From NCBI RefSeq assembly GCF_009914755.1, contig NC_060947.1: a stretch of 64,000 bases of DNA. The stretch is one strand, 5' to 3'. Under the pieces are notes generated by a model. The model was not told where the DNA came from. It saw only the letters and a list, made by a program, of their open reading frames with translations, and searched no databases. Every line of letters starts with the position of its first letter. Positions within the stretch are counted from its first letter, which is position 1. Of this stretch, positions 27,866-43,091 are shown one piece after another. The DNA is from the human T2T-CHM13v2.0 reference genome, Homo sapiens. The translations under genes and the position numbers were made by a program.

Positions 27866-28239
27866 CCACTTTTTAAAATGTAGGGAACTATAAAAGGGTG
27901 AATCCACAAAAGTCAGGGAGTACTAGAGTTGATATTTTCTTTGGTGTATCTGCAACTCTACCGTGGCCTGGATGGAGTCTTGATTTTTAAGGGCTACATG
28001 TGGGAATCATGAGACAAAGGTTAAGGTGAAAACCCTCATAACCCATGTGGGTCTGAGCCCACAATTCATATTATACCTGAGGCCTCAAAAACCCTACTGT
28101 AATTATTTAGTTGAAAGTGGTGCTAACAGCTCTGGCAGATACAAATGTAAATCTTGTCTGGAAGAAATTACATATGAGAATTTCTAATAATGACAAACTA
28201 TAAAAATTACAAATAAATGGCCTAGTCAGTCAGCAAATT

Positions 28240-28960
28240 AAAGACTATTGAAGAGAGACATAGTTAGAAAAAAGGAGCATTTGGAAAAAAAATCAGAATT
28301 CAACACAGAAACACAAAGAAATTAATAAATATAAAACAGAGATAAAAGACTTAAGGAGATAGACTAAAATGATCTAAATATATTTAATCTGGATTCCAAA
28401 GGAGGAAATAGAAAAATGGAGGAGTGATAATATCAAAAAGATAAAACGTGAGAAATTTCCAGAAACAGGGAAAGACACCAATTCTCAGATTCAATAGCCT
28501 AATTAATCCCAATTGTGTTTGTGAGTGTTTGTGCTTATATGTGTGTTTGGGAGTGAAACTGCAAAACACCAAAATCAAAGAGAAAATATTTTTTTTAAAC
28601 TATAAAGAAAATATGGAAAGAAAGAACAGTTAGATTGAAATCCAATAAAAGCCACAATGCAAACCAAAGAGCATTGGAATCATACTGCCAAAGATAAATT
28701 ATCAATTTCAAATTCTATATCCAGTGAGACTACATTTCAAGAACAAGGGTAAAATAAAAATATTTTCAGACAAACTAAAATAAAGACAATATGCCACCAA
28801 TATACCTTCACTAAAAGCACATTTAAAGAACATCCTCAATAAAGAAAGAAAAAGTGTGAAATTCAAAAACCATGTTGAGAAAAAAATTGGTGAACATGAT
28901 GCTTAATCTAGTCTAAACGAACATGAAATAAACAACAGAACCGATATGGAATTTGTACTA
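28240..28960 (+). mobile_element. Highly decayed L1M ORF1-region fragment
   Basis: A-rich strand bias with gagaaatttccagaa, aattctatatccag and aaatattttcagacaaac ORF1-like motifs. Confidence 0.5.
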
Positions 28961-30455
28961 TATATAAAGATGAAAGTAAAGCCATGGAAAATAAGAGTGT
29001 GTAAGTGGCAGGGGACTGATTCCCTCTTTACCAGATACCTGATAACAATACTCTATTTCCTGTGTTTCAAGATCTTCCTTCACAACTCCTTTGCCCCCAC
29101 TTTTATGTAGCATTCCTCTGCACATTGTCCCTCAGGTGTCTTACCACCCTCACAAATCCAAATAGCTGCTTGTTCCCTGTAGCTCCCAACCGAGATGTCT
29201 AGCTCAGTCTTCCACCCAGAATTTCAATTCAAGATTAACAAGTGATGGTTGGAAATTTTCTCAGCCAAAATATCAAATGGGGAACATTTCAAATCAAAGA
29301 CATATGGCCCTCCCAGTTATGTTTTTCTTTCTCATTTCCCTGCTTCTGTGTGCATTACAACAGCTTTCATATTTATCTGGTTTGGAAACATCAGTGAAAG
29401 CTTTGACTCTATGAACCAAATTCTGTACTCAAGTTTTGGTAATACGTGACACTGATCGTCACTTTACTTTTCATTGTTGAGACAGAACAATGACAGTAAT
29501 ATCCTAACTCCACTCATACTTCTTCCCCGTGCCTTACCCAATTACCACCTCTGCTTTAAGCCATCCTATTTACCACCAACAAAGTTATAAGACTAAACCA
29601 TTGCTTGGATCACGGCGGCATGCTATCAGAAAAGTATCAAAGCCTGAAAAACGTCTATGAATTAAAGTCTCAGGTTCTTGTTCTGGCATTTACATTCCTT
29701 TACCATTTGGCCTCGCTTACATTAAAGGGAGTGCCCTCAGGGAAAGGATTTCATTGAAGTGGACTGTGCAGCGGGGCCACTGCCCTGACTTGCCAATATC
29801 AAACTCACCACAGTTGTAGCTCCAGCAGAAGGCAATAGAGAAGGGCCAGCTGTGGGTTTTTAACCTAGTAGCCACGAACATCCAGAAGGCCAATGTATAG
29901 AATTTAAGGGGTTGGGAAAGGCTAAAGAATTGGATCAAAAAATAAAATTTGTGTTTTCACTAAATTCTAACTGAAATGCTTTATTTCCTTCAAATCTGAA
30001 TGTGGGCAATGAATCCCAAGAGTGGTAAGCATCAATGACTATGTCACCAGTAAACATCAGAAGTATTTTTATCATGTAACAGTAGTGTCATATGTATTGA
30101 GATATGCATTACTGTTTCAATATTGTAGAAATTATAAGACTTTTTACTGCATATTGTTTTCCAATGTGTTAAGGTGTGCATATATTCCTATGTCACACGT
30201 GCATTTCATTTTTATTTTGACATTATTTCAAAATTATTGGTTTCCTTTGCTATCTTATGTATTTTTATTTATATAAAAGTAGTTTATTAATATTCTGATA
30301 AACATATGTCTATAAATAGATAGATGGATATTTAGGCTGCGAAACAGGTCTGAGTCAGAAAATAGCTCAAAACTGCTACACTGTACCTAGTGTGCTATGG
30401 AAGTAGGTAACTGATAACACAGGAAAGTGGTTCTGGAGGTAGACCTACAAGTTTA

Positions 30456-30800
<345 letters not shown>

Positions 30801-31787
30801 TTGTTCTTTTTAAAGGTATATTATGCCCTTAGAGTAGCAGCTGGAGAACATCAGGCTGATTAGTGTGGCATCCTCCCATGGAATTTAAAATTCTCATGCC
30901 AGAGGCACACAATTTAGACATATGGGTTCCATCTAGATTATTAAAAAGCAACTAGAACAAATTATTAGAAAATGATATGCAGGTTATACCAAATTATACA
31001 AACTTTAATTCTTACATGTGCAAATTAATTTTCTTACTATTGCATTAGGAGTTTCTGTATTATAAACATCCATATTTTGTAACCTCTCTAAATTATGTTT
31101 ATGAATCATACTATGTTATTGCAATCAAACTAAATTTAAGAATTGTTGTTACTAATTTACAAGTTAATCAATTAGGCCTAATCATCTTCATGTAAATATT
31201 AGTCTTATGCAAAACAAACTTCTTCCTAAGCAAAATAAAAATGATTTTCCATATTTTACTACTTCATGTAAACTAAAGACCATAGTACTACATTTCTGCA
31301 GTTTGTTACACACTAATTTTGTAATAATCAACAGTCATATCTCTTCAAGTTATAATTTTTATGCAGATCAGAGAGGTCATTTTATGGTTATTAAGGAAAG
31401 AATCTTGACTTTCATTATGTCTTAAAGCACGACATCATTAACAAATTGTTTCTGCCATGGCCTTAAGAAAAATAGACTTCACACATAGTATGTTTCCTTG
31501 CTTGTTTTGTTTTGCTTCTTTTGTCAGTAATATAATGCTATATTTGTGAAATCGGAGTCCATAGTTTCATGTCTAGGTCATCTTATTTAATACTTTTTTT
31601 CATTTTGTGAAATATGTTGGCAAAAAAGACAATTTTAATCTCAAAATATAACTGGGTTTTTTTATCCTTGTTTTAATTCTCTTTAATTTAATGGTATCAC
31701 CTTCCTTACGATTGCTCAGTACTATTGCCATTTGTGCCTCTTTTTTCTCCTTCATCTCCTCATACCCAATCATCATTAAATGTACCT

Positions 31788-32220
31788 GTGATGGATATTG
31801 TCAGGCACCAACCAGGAACTATTCCCCCAGGGGCTGGGGTCTTGTGGGAACATGGCATTCAGCTGTCAACCTTCTCTCAGTGTTTCCTCAGCTCAGGAAC
31901 ACTGCCTCTCCCAAGATCATGAGTCCTCCCAAACCTAATCAACTTCCAATGACTGTCAGGGGTATAAAGGATTGACTCATTTGCCCCGACTCAGGATAAT
32001 TCTGAAGGGTCGTCTAGCTATAGCATTCCCCATAGGGTCAGCTGAGGTCTCTGTTAGGACTGCATCACAGCTCAACATCTCCCTTTCCCAATTGTATTTC
32101 ACCCTTCTCCCTGTCCCATCCATACACACGCTAGTTGATACTAATAGCAGTTCCTAATAAATATTTTGCTTGCTAAACTCCATCTTCGAGACTGCTCCCC
32201 AGGGAGCATAAAATGTGATA
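31788..32220 (+). mobile_element. LTR16-like ERVL solo LTR
   Basis: tgtgatgg start, gactcaggataattctgaaggg, ctaataaatattttgcttgctaaactccatct. Confidence 0.55.
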
Positions 32221-32299
32221 GAATGGTTCTACCTTTTTATTTCTCTTGAAACTGCCTACCTATTTTTTATTGGTGAAGTTTAGCCTACCATTAACTTTT

Positions 32300-32599
32300 T
32301 TCTTTTTTTTCTTTTTTTTTTTTTTTTTTGAGATGGTGTCTCTCTCTTGTCACCCAGGCCGGAGTGCAATGGCACAATCTCAGCTCACTGCAACCTCCAC
32401 CTCGCAGAATCGCTTGGGCTCAAGTGATTCTCGTACCTCAGCCTCCCAAGTAGCTGGGATTACAGGCACACGCCACCACACCCAGCTAATTTTTGTATTT
32501 TCAGTAGAGAGTTTTGCCAGGTTGGCCAGGCTAGTCTTGAACTCTTGACCTCAGGTGATCTGCCTGCCTCAGCCTCCCAAAGTGCTGGGATTACAGGTG
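32300..32599 (-). mobile_element. Slightly 5'-truncated Alu
   Basis: TSD ctaccattaacttt on both sides. Confidence 0.92.
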
Positions 32600-33066
32600 C
32601 TACCATTAACTTTCATTTCCACTGGCCATTCTTAACTTTCATTCCACGCCAAATGGGCTTTCAAATAAATGTTCCTCCTACAGACACATATGAATTTTGA
32701 TTGGCACTTCTTGAAAGCACACATTGCAACATCACCCTTTTTTTAAAATTTCCCCCACCTATCCAAATACCGTGATAATCACTAAAGCATATGCTGTTCA
32801 CAGCCTGTATCTCCTCCATAGATGATTAGATGATTCGCATGCTTACAAATGTTTTCTTGCATCTCTCTGCCTGAAGCTATTTTTTTTTTTTTTTGGTCAT
32901 GGGAGCATACTTAGCCTGTTGATACCAGAAATATGTGGAAGATATAATAAAGTGTGTCCTAAGATAACTTTCCAAATAAACTATTTGCACTAAAATTCTT
33001 GTGTCAGAGTGTACTTTATGGGGAACCCAAATTAAGGTGCTTACATTGATAACTGATGATCTAGAA

Positions 33067-33296
33067 CAGGGGTCAACGGGCCTGCGTGTCATGTCTGGCC
33101 TACCAACTTTTTTTTTTTTTTTTTTTTTTGGAAATCAAGTTTTATTGAAACAGGGCCACTCATGTTCATTTAGGTACTGTCTATGGCTGCTTTCATGCTA
33201 TGAAAGCACAGTTCAGTAGTTGTAACAGAGACCATATGGCTCACAAGCATAAAATATTTACCATCTGGACCTTTACCAAAAAATTATTGTTACCTG
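33067..33296. mobile_element. MER58A-like hAT-Charlie MITE
   Basis: caggggtc...cctg termini with degenerate 8-bp TSD atctagaa/atctaaat. Internal ctatggctgctttc...acagagaccatatggc. Confidence 0.75.
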
Positions 33297-33339
33297 ATCT
33301 AAATTATTACCAAAAGCGCCTAAATAATTTCCCAGATTT

Positions 33340-33900
33340 AGATGTCTTATCTCTCCCCACCCATCTGTTTTATATATTACCTCCAGATTTTTTCCCTAAA
33401 AATTGTTTGATCTATGCCTCTTGCTTCCTCAGAAATAGTCAATGACTCCCACTACAATAAAAAGTAAAAGAAAATTCTGCCCTGCAAAATCTGCCTGTAT
33501 TTCTAACCGTATGTCACTCTGCATTCCCCACCATATACACACACTCCAAACACACCCATCTATTCATTATTTACAGAAACTGTCTTCTCTGTGTTTTCGA
33601 TAAGGTTGTTTTCTCTGCCGAAATGTCCTCTCCAAGCATAATAACTTATAAATTCCAGCTCATCCTTCAAGGTCCAAATAAAACCAAATATCTCTTAGGA
33701 ATCCCTCTCAGACCCCTACTGTTGGCATTAATCTCCTCATCATGCTACCCAGCACCGTGTTCACATTTTTATTACATCAGAGTGTACCCTGTATTGAGAT
33801 AATTTATGAATATCTATTTCCACAACCAGATACAAACTCCTGGAAGGAAGGAGCCATATCATATCCATCTTTGTATCCAGAGGTAACACAAAATTAACAA
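33340..33900. mobile_element. L2 fragments
   Basis: ctcatccttcaaggtccaa and aaactcctggaaggaaggagccatatc motifs. Confidence 0.5.
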
Positions 33901-35374
33901 GCATAGATTAGAGCTCTCACTAATCGGAAAGACTGAGGTCCTGAGGCCTCCTGAGATATTAACCCTTTAGGTGCTGCTGGATTGTTTGGAGGCCCATGGA
34001 GTCCTTGGGGAAGGGTTGCAGTGGTTAGACTGGCAAAAGTTACACTATAGTAAAAACAACTATTACAATATTTTAACAAATAGAGCATAAATGTTTGAAT
34101 GCCAGCCTTATTAATAACTACTATGCTTTTCAAAGTTTTCCTAATTATACGCTTTCAGTAAATAATTGTTGTATATATGAGAATATAATTTAGAATGAAC
34201 ACCGTTTTCAGCGACACCACAGACACATACACATAAACATACACAAATGTGGAAATATAGATACACATCTTCGACCAGAACAAATAGGGAATTACATGAG
34301 TGAAAATTTTATAGTCTAGTTTTCCTTATTATTTCTGATTAGTTAACAGATTAAGCTGTAATTGTTAAAAAAAAACAATTACACTTACAGTGTTTTCAAA
34401 CATTGCACAAGTCTTCCTATAGTAATATCAATAAAAATGAAATTAGCCTTTCCTTGGCTAATTCAATTTTTCCAGAGCATAATGGCAACATTATTTCAAT
34501 TCTAAGGGACCACTCTGGACAGAGCTGTCATGATCATATCTTGCAAATATTTTGCAAATTAATGAGGCTTGCAAAACCTCTAATGTAAATGTAACCAGCA
34601 ACATTTACCCTAATCTACTCTCACTTTGCAATGCACCCTGACTTGCCCTTACTTCCCAAAATTTATTTTAAAATCTGCCATACAAAAATGGTTTAAAAGC
34701 ACTTATCTTATTGTAAATATGTCTTGAAATGCACGGTCTAACAAATGTTGAGAAAAACAATCCAAAAAAGTTTACACAGAAGAAAAGCTTATGAAATCTA
34801 ATTATTTTATTCTTCTGTTTATTTCAATGACTCCTGGTCCAGGAGCTTTTTTTAAGGTTGTCATAAGCATTCCTAATTTAACAATGTTCCACACTTCATT
34901 GTGCCTCTTATGGAATAAGCTTGCTAGAGCTAAAATCTACCAACTTTGTAAAGCAAAAATATTGAAAATAACTTGAAGATTTCAGAAGATTTTGTAACTA
35001 TTATGACATTTAAAGTCAAGCACAATAGAAGCTGAGGAGTGAGCTGGTGGGCTACTTCAATCACTGTAGGTTCTGTTATAGTGGCAATGAACAATGGAGT
35101 TAAGTAGAGCTTCAACTTTATGACAAGTTTATGCCTTTCTAAGGTTTTCTTTCTGCTTGCTATTAACATCTGGATTCAGTTTACTATGCACTTCCTTCTT
35201 TACTAAGGTTCTCTACACCTTTCATGCTAGGTATGGACCTTTCTGTCAAAGAATATTTGGTTCTCCCATTCAGTTCTCATTGAGAACCTATTCAGTTCCT
35301 CAATTCTCTAATATCTTCCAGCTCATCACATTCATCATGCCATATTTACTGTGTTCAACCTTACTCATCATATA

Positions 35375-36420
35375 TTCCTTGTCAAAGATCAGTTGGCTTT
35401 ATTTCCAGGTTCTCTATTCTGTTTCATTGGTCTACATGCCTTTTTGCATTTCAGTACCATGCTGTTTTGGTAGCTACAGCCTTGTAGTATAATTTGAAGT
35501 CAGGTAATGTGATGCCTCTAGATTTGTTCTTTGTGCTTAGTACTGCTTTAGCTCTATGGGACCTTTTTTTGATACCATATAAATTTTTGGATCATTCTTT
35601 CTAGTTCTGTGAAGAATGATGATATTTTGATGAGAATTGCCTTGAATCTTCAGATTGCTCTGGGCAGTATGGTCATTTTTGCAATATTGATTCTACCCAT
35701 CTATGAGCATGGGATGTGTTTCCATTTGTTTGTGTCATCTATAATTTCCTTCAACAATATGTTGTAGTTTTCCTTGTAGAGATCTTTCACCTCCTTGGCT
35801 AAGGATATGCCTGAGCATTTTATTATTTTTTGCAGCTGTTGTACAAGAGACCGAGTTCTTGATTTGAGTCTCATTTTGGTCGTTGTTGATGTACATTGAT
35901 TGTGTTCTGATACTTTACTGAATTTCATTTATCAAGTCTAGGAGTTTTTCGGATAAGTCTTTAGGGTTTTCTAGTTCTATGATCATATCATTGGCAAACA
36001 GCAACAGTTTGACTTCCTCTTTACCAATTTGAATGCCCTTTATTACTTTCTCTTGTCTGATTGCTCTGGCTAGGACTTCCAGAACTATGTTGAATAGAAG
36101 TGGTGAAAGTGGGCATTCTTGTTTTGTCCCAGTTCTCAGGGGGAATGCTAACATTTCCCCATTCAGTATGATGCTGGCTGTGAGTTCATCATAGATGGCT
36201 TTTATTAATTGGAGATGTATCTCTTCTATGCCAATTTGTTGAGGGTTTTTGTCATAAAGTGTTGCTGGATTTTATAAAATGCTTTTGCTGCATCTATCGA
36301 GATGATCATATGTTTTTAATTTTGTTTATGTGGTGTACCACATTTACTGACTTGCATATGTTAAACCATCCCTGCACCTCTGGTATAAAACCCAATTGAT
36401 CATGATGTATTATCTTTTTA
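35375..36420 (-). mobile_element. L1 ORF2 (RT region) fragment
   Basis: ORF track: [33 protein letters not shown]...FANDMI. Confidence 0.88.
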
Positions 36421-36539
36421 AAAGTTGCATATATCTTAATAAGTTGTTTTATTTATTGTTTCTAATAGCTTTGTCTGTTAGTCTTCTAAGCAAATATATA
36501 ATTTATGCTGCATAAAATATCGTTATAACAATTATGTTA

Positions 36540-39122
36540 CCATCCTATTTCAGTTTAAAGGACTCATTTTAATATTTGTATAGGACTCATCTAGTAGTGA
36601 TACATTCCTTCAGAATTTTTTGTTGGAGGGAGGGTCTGGAAAGTCTTTATCTCTCTTCATTTCTGAAGGATTTGCTACAGTGACAGATTGCTTTTACTTT
36701 TTCTTCAGCATCCTGAATATATCATCTCACTCCTTTTCAGTCTGTAAGATTTCTACTGAGAAGTCTACTGCCAGATGTATTGGATTTCCCATGTGTTATT
36801 TGTTTCTTCCTTTCATTGCTTTCAGGATCCTTTTTTTGTCTTTGAGTCATATTTTTGAGAGTATCACTATACCATGCCTTGGGGTATTCTTATTTGGGTT
36901 GAATCTAATTGGTGACCTTTGACTTCCCTATACCTGGATACTTATATCTTTCTCGAGGTTTAAAAAGTTTTCGGTTATTTCTTTGAATAAGCTTTCTATT
37001 CTCCTTTGTCTTTCTCAGTTCCCCCTTTAACTCCAGTTACCCAAATATTTGCTCTTTTGTTGTACAATAGATCCCATAAGCTCTGTTTCTTTCTTTTAAT
37101 TTTTCTTTCTTTATTCTTCTCTATGTATTTTCAAATATTCGATCTTTGAGTACAGTGATTTTTTCTTCTGTTTGATCAATTCTACTATTGATGCTGTCTA
37201 TTGCATTTTTATTACAGTCACTGTACTTTTCAGCTCCATGATTTGTTTTTTTAAATTACTTGAATCTCTCCACAATTAATAATTGAATTATTTAATTCTA
37301 TGATAAATTTCTGAATTTATTAAGAATGCTTTCTTGAAGTTCATTGAGCTTCCTTAAAACAGCTATTTTGAATTTTTTTTTATCTGAAATATTGCATATC
37401 TCCATCACTTTAGAGTTGCTCTCTGCCACCTTATTTTGTTTGGTGGTCATATTTCCTTGTATGTTCTTGATGCTTGTGGCCATGCAATGAAGTCTATGCA
37501 TTAAAGGATTAGGTGTTTAGTCATCACAGTCTGGCTTTGTTTGTGCCTATTTTTCTTCAGAGGGTCTTCCAGGGACTCAAAGCAGATTGATGAGTTCCTT
37601 GAGCCTGTGACTGCTATAGCCATCTCAGCATTAGAGGATACTCTGAGCCCAGGCTAATCACAATTCTCACAAGAACTCCATGGTTGACAAAGATTTTCAA
37701 CCCAGATGGACCTGGGGAAGGTCTAAGAAGGGCACTGGGGCTGTGTGGGAATGCTGGCCAGGGATATGAGTTCAAAAGAAACACAGTGGCCCAGACAAGG
37801 GTGCCTCCCAAAAGGTCTCTGCACAGGTAGAATTGGTCCCCAACTTCAGCAAGAGAGGCTTTAGTTGAGACTGGGACCTCTCAGGATCTGCTGTGAGAAG
37901 GAGGCTTGTGGACCTTTCTCATTGGCTCAGATGAGCTTGCATCACCCATCAGGTCTTTGCACAAGTGGGGTAGTTCTTCAACTGCAGCAGGTTGAGCCAG
38001 AGCTGAGACTTGTGCTCTTCAGAATCTACTGTAGGAAAGAGGTTGGTGTGCCTATCACTTTGGCTAAGATGGGTGCATGTCTCCCAGCAGGTCCCTGAAC
38101 AAATGAGATAGTTCTTTGACTGCAGCAAGAGAGGCCAATCCTAAGACTACCCTCCCTTGGGATCTTCTGTAGGGCAGAATCTGGAGAGCCCTATCTCATT
38201 GGTTAAGAGGGGCATGCATCTCCCAACGTGTCCTTGAGCAGAAGGGATAGTTTGCTGATTGCAGCAGGAAGGGCTAGAGCTAGTGTCTCTCAGGATCTGC
38301 TGTGGGTTGGAGGTTAGAAGAGCCCATCTTGCTGATCTAGGCAAGAACACATCTCCCAGCAGGTCTCAGGACAGACAAGATAGTTCCCCAATTGCAGTGA
38401 GGGGGCCAGAGCCGAGACTGGGACCCCTCAGGATCTGATGTGGAATGGGGAATGGAAAGCCAAGTCTTGTTGTCTCAGAGGGGCATGCATCTCCCAAGTG
38501 GACCCTGCACAAATGGGATAGGTCCCCAATTAAAGCAGGAGAAGCTGGGGCCAAGATTGTGTCCCCAAGGGATCTGCTGTGGGACAGAAGTTGGCAAGAT
38601 TATCAAGGAAGCTCAGACTCCAGAGCTGCGAGATATGGGAAAGTCTCCCTTTGTGTCCTTGTGTGAACCAGTCAAGTCTGACTGGGTACTTCAGCTGAGC
38701 GGGACTGAAGCTGAGCTATGGGTCAACTTTCAGGTTCGCTGCTGAGACCAATGTCAACAGACAGATAAGCCTTTCCACACACAAGGCATGAGTGTGCACA
38801 ATTCCATCTGAACATTTAGAAAATGGTTTTAGTTGCAGGCTCGAGACCAAACAGGTGATGTAGCCAAGCTTCTTGAAGGATTGGTACTTTTCTGGGCTTG
38901 AATCCTGGAGCAAAGTCAGTGGATCAGACACCTGTATATTGGTCTATACTCTCAACACAGCCCTCCAAGATTTTGGACTCCATGAAGGTTTCACAAACTC
39001 ATACCTGAAAATTGATGCTCCCACAGAGAGAATTTTGACTGTGGATGGGCATAGAATTCTTATTGTTGTGAGAAGATATGAGTGGATTAATGTCTACTCT
39101 GCCATCTTGGTGACATCACTCT
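36540..39122 (-). mobile_element. Old L1M 5'UTR plus decayed ORF1, with a ~138-bp tandem array in the 5'UTR
   Basis: Terminal gccatcttggtgacatcact (minus strand agtgatgtcaccaagatggc, YY1). ORF1-like KFKIAVLRKLNELQE. Confidence 0.75.
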
Positions 39123-40184
39123 AATACTTTACAATGTTAGCTATTACTTTAAGTGTTTTTTAAGTTTGTGTTTGGCTGTAGTAATGTGGTAATATGGACT
39201 TGTAGTAATGTGGTAATATGGATACTACACAAGCTTAATATATGGAATATGAAAACAAATTATTACTTTCTTAGTAATTTAAAAAAATGCTTCTTTTAGT
39301 CAAGTAGAGCTAAAAGTGGAACCCAGTCTTTTAATGCATATTCCTGTGTATTTTGTACCTTTTTCCATCCCAGCAACACCATCAGCAGAAAAATGGAGGG
39401 AAAGGTCAGCAGTAAAATGATGTGCATACTATGAACCACAACATAAAGACCAAAACCATCCTTCAACATGCATAAAAAGTCATAGGAACAAAGAGTGAAA
39501 AATAAGTAGAAAAATTTAGTGCCAATTAAGATGTTGAAAAACAAGTTCACAGATATAAATAGTTTCAGTATATTCAGTAGATAGAAATAATTCAAAATAA
39601 TGTAGGAGTACTCAATGTGTTAAATTAAAGGAAATGATTATGTAAATTTAAGTTTCCATAATCCCCAATTGAGCCAGATACATGAACAATTGTGCAATAT
39701 TCAGATATACAAATGGCACCTCAGACTTACTTTATAATTTTACTGAAGAATGGTATTTTACTATACTTATATGCATATACCAGGGTCTTACATCTGTAAT
39801 AACAATTTCTATACTGAACATTATGTTTCTGGATATTTTAATGTACGTGTTACATTTTGACTTAATTTTTTTCAGTTAGACTTTAATTTGCTTGGGATAC
39901 TGTCCTATACATGGCTCAATACTCCAATTTCCTATATCAGGTAACTTATAAGAATAGTTCAGGTTTCCTAGTACAGAGGAAGCATTCAGTAAATTGAACA
40001 GATTTCCTAAGTTTACTACTGCATTCAATTAATGAGGAAAAATAACTTTCACACATGATAGTCATAAAACTAACACATGATATAGATTCTCATATAATTA
40101 CACAATTTTAAACAATTTTCAAAATGTAAGACTGGATTTCCAAAAACTGTTAACAGTTTGTTTAAATTCTGCTGTCTCCTTGTA

Positions 40185-40375
40185 TTCTGAAAAATTGCTA
40201 GAAGTGTAGATTTTAAGTGTTCTTACCACAAAAAATGATAATTATATATGTAAAGTTATATATATATATTAATTAGCTTGATTTAGCCATTCCACAATGA
40301 ATACATTCTTCAAAACATGTTGTACATGATAAATATATAACATTTGTATTTGACAATTAAAATAAGTAAATTAGT
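40185..40375 (+). mobile_element. L1MA 3' terminal fragment
   Basis: aaattgctagaagtgtagattttaagtgttcttaccac...ttagcttgatttagccattccacaatg. Confidence 0.75.
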
Positions 40376-41134
40376 AAAAATGTTATCAAGTATATTCGAA
40401 TTTTAAAAATTCTATAATCTTCTTTGTTAGGAGCCTTACCTCCTCCTTTAGCTACCTCTACTTACACCTTTGCTATCTTCATGCTGACTCTACCTATGCT
40501 CATGGATAATATCTCATGCTCTGAGCTTTTTTGACTCTATTAAAGGTTACCAGACTTTGGTCTCAATTCCTAAGGCTTTTTCTAGATTATATATTCAATT
40601 ATTTATTTCATTACTCAAAGTAGTTAACCCACTAACCTTTCTGAATGCCAGCAATGCATTAATCCACATAAAAGACAGGCATTTTAAGATCTATTGAAGC
40701 CAGATGGAGATAGGCTTCTAGAAAGACACTTCAGCAACACTGACGTAACGCCATATAAGCAGCTATCTACTTAAAAGCAGCTGTAAAGATAATGGCTGGA
40801 AGGAAGAAATTTAGTCAATATTTCCACTGGCAATTTCCATTTAGGTACTGGAGCATGAGCATTCCTGAAAAACATTTGTTATATTTCTTTATTAAACTTT
40901 AAGATAAAAATTTGCAGCTATTATTGGAATATTCTGAGTCAGCTCAACCACTGATACTTGGGGGAAAACCACTCTGTAAAACTAAGACTAAGAGACAGTA
41001 AGTATATTATTTCAAATCATTTAACTCTCCAAAGTTAGTGCTTTAAAATCTTTACATTAAATCAAGTACAGCATAGTATTATTTCTCGTATGCTTAGGCC
41101 ATTTCTTTTTACTCGGATGAATTAATAATAACAG

Positions 41135-41325
41135 CAACAACGATAACAAATTTAATAATAATTTATCATATGCCGGAAACTGGCTTAAAGGTGTTAAACA
41201 TATCATCACACAGCCTTCATTGAACAATACCTGTCTCAAAATAAAGAAATTGAGGTCTAAAGTAATTAAATAACTCATCCTATGTGAGGAGGCTGATGAG
41301 CATTGGTGCTAGGGTTTGAATCTTT
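41135..41325 (-). mobile_element. MIR
   Basis: aaataaagaaattgaggtctaaagtaattaaataact...gggtttgaatc. Confidence 0.5.
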
Positions 41326-42695
41326 GCTTATTTATGCTATAGTTTACTCTCTGAGAAGCAAAAGGAAACTTCCTGCTGCCAGTTTTTATGAAGTTTTCTT
41401 CTTGTTTGCTCTCTCATTACATTATAAATATGATCCAAAGTTAAAATGAGAACAATTGCATTACTAATATTTCTACCTTATTAGGTTTCAGACATTAGGT
41501 TCAACTATATTTGAAATAAGTTATTTTGTTTTTTCATAAGGTCAAGATTAATTACCAGTTAATTTAAAAATTATTACTTTATCTACTTTTGTCAAGCAAA
41601 CTGTTATACCTATTGGGAGATACATGTACCATTTTTTTGGACATAATTGCAATTAAACAAGTTACCTTTAAGCAACATTCATGAGTATATTTTCAGTATA
41701 TTTTCCTGTATTCAATTTTGTCCAAATAGAGAAATATAGGAAACATTGAACATCAGTGCCACACTAAAATTCAGCTTTAATATGTGGATTTCATTTTGTA
41801 GAATACATTTTTGTTGTTACGAAATTTATCGTGCTATGGTATTGTCCTCTGTTCAAAAATGAGGTTTTTAGGGTTGCTTATTGCATAATGTATATTAATT
41901 CTTCATTCTAAAGTAAAATCACACAATGAGATCAAACGTTTTGAGTTCATAATATGCAATGAATAATTGTAAAATAAATCTATACTTTAGTATTAAGGCA
42001 AAACTAAATGTTTGCCACGAATGACTTAATACAAGGACATCTATGCATTGTGCATTTCTTAGCAACAAAGGCTATGAATGGGTAAAGGTAAAGTTTGAAT
42101 GTATCCCTATCATAACATGGGGAAAACTGTATGCAACTAGGCATGGGAGTGGATTCAGTAGATTCCCAAGATAGTGCTGAGAACAGCTGACGTTTACAGC
42201 TACAAATATCGCTGTGAGACTGCTAGCTTAAAACAAACATCACTTGGTTGTTGGAGAGGAGAGGGGTGTTTATAATCTGTAGTCTATATTTTAAAATGTG
42301 GGTTTCTAAAAAAGGATATGTGAGTGTCTGAATATCTTTTAAGATAAATAAGAAGGCAAGAAGTCATAAGGCTAAGCAGTGAGTAAAAAAAAAATTGGGA
42401 CAATGCAGGGTAGTCACAAGATATTAGGAAGAATCAATAGAAGTGGACACACTTGGTTTCAATTCTGGCACTGCCAATTATTTCCTACTTAGCCTTAAGC
42501 AAGTTTACTAAATCTCCGAGAGCCAGTTTCTTTCTGTGTAAAATGACATTAACAATTTCTTCATCTGGAGAAACCTAGGGATTAAATGAAATTTGAGAGA
42601 GAAAGGGAAAAAGAGAAAGACTTAAAAGACATGTCAAATAGACAAAACCTATCAATCTTATTTAGATCCTTATCCAAACAAAGATGCTTAGACAC

Positions 42696-42700
<5 letters not shown>

Positions 42701-42741
<41 letters not shown>
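42701..42741. repeat. (CA)n microsatellite
   Basis: About 20 AC units. Confidence 0.95.
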
Positions 42742-42745
<4 letters not shown>

Positions 42746-43091
42746 CAGAAAATCAGAGAAATATGAATACCACCTGAATATTTGATGATACTAAGGAATA
42801 ATTATAGAATATCTTTAATTTTGATGGTATCACGGCCTTGTCAAAATAAAAGGATGATTCTTTTTAGAGACAGTAAACAATGAATAAAACCATGTGATGA
42901 TTGGGATTCATATCAAAATAATCCTGATATTTGATTATTTTAGCCCTGTACCATTGAAGGTAGGTGAAGGGCATAGAGAGAATGATACTATAATTTTATC
43001 TCTGTGAGTGTATATACTTTATATCTTCCTAATGAAAAGGTTTAAAAATCTATATAATCATGGGAAATATTTCTTAATCCTTGATAATCCT

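Noticed and set aside
39177-39222. 24-bp-period tandem duplication (tgtagtaatgtggtaatatgga twice)
   Set aside because: Ordinary slippage duplication with no sign of function.
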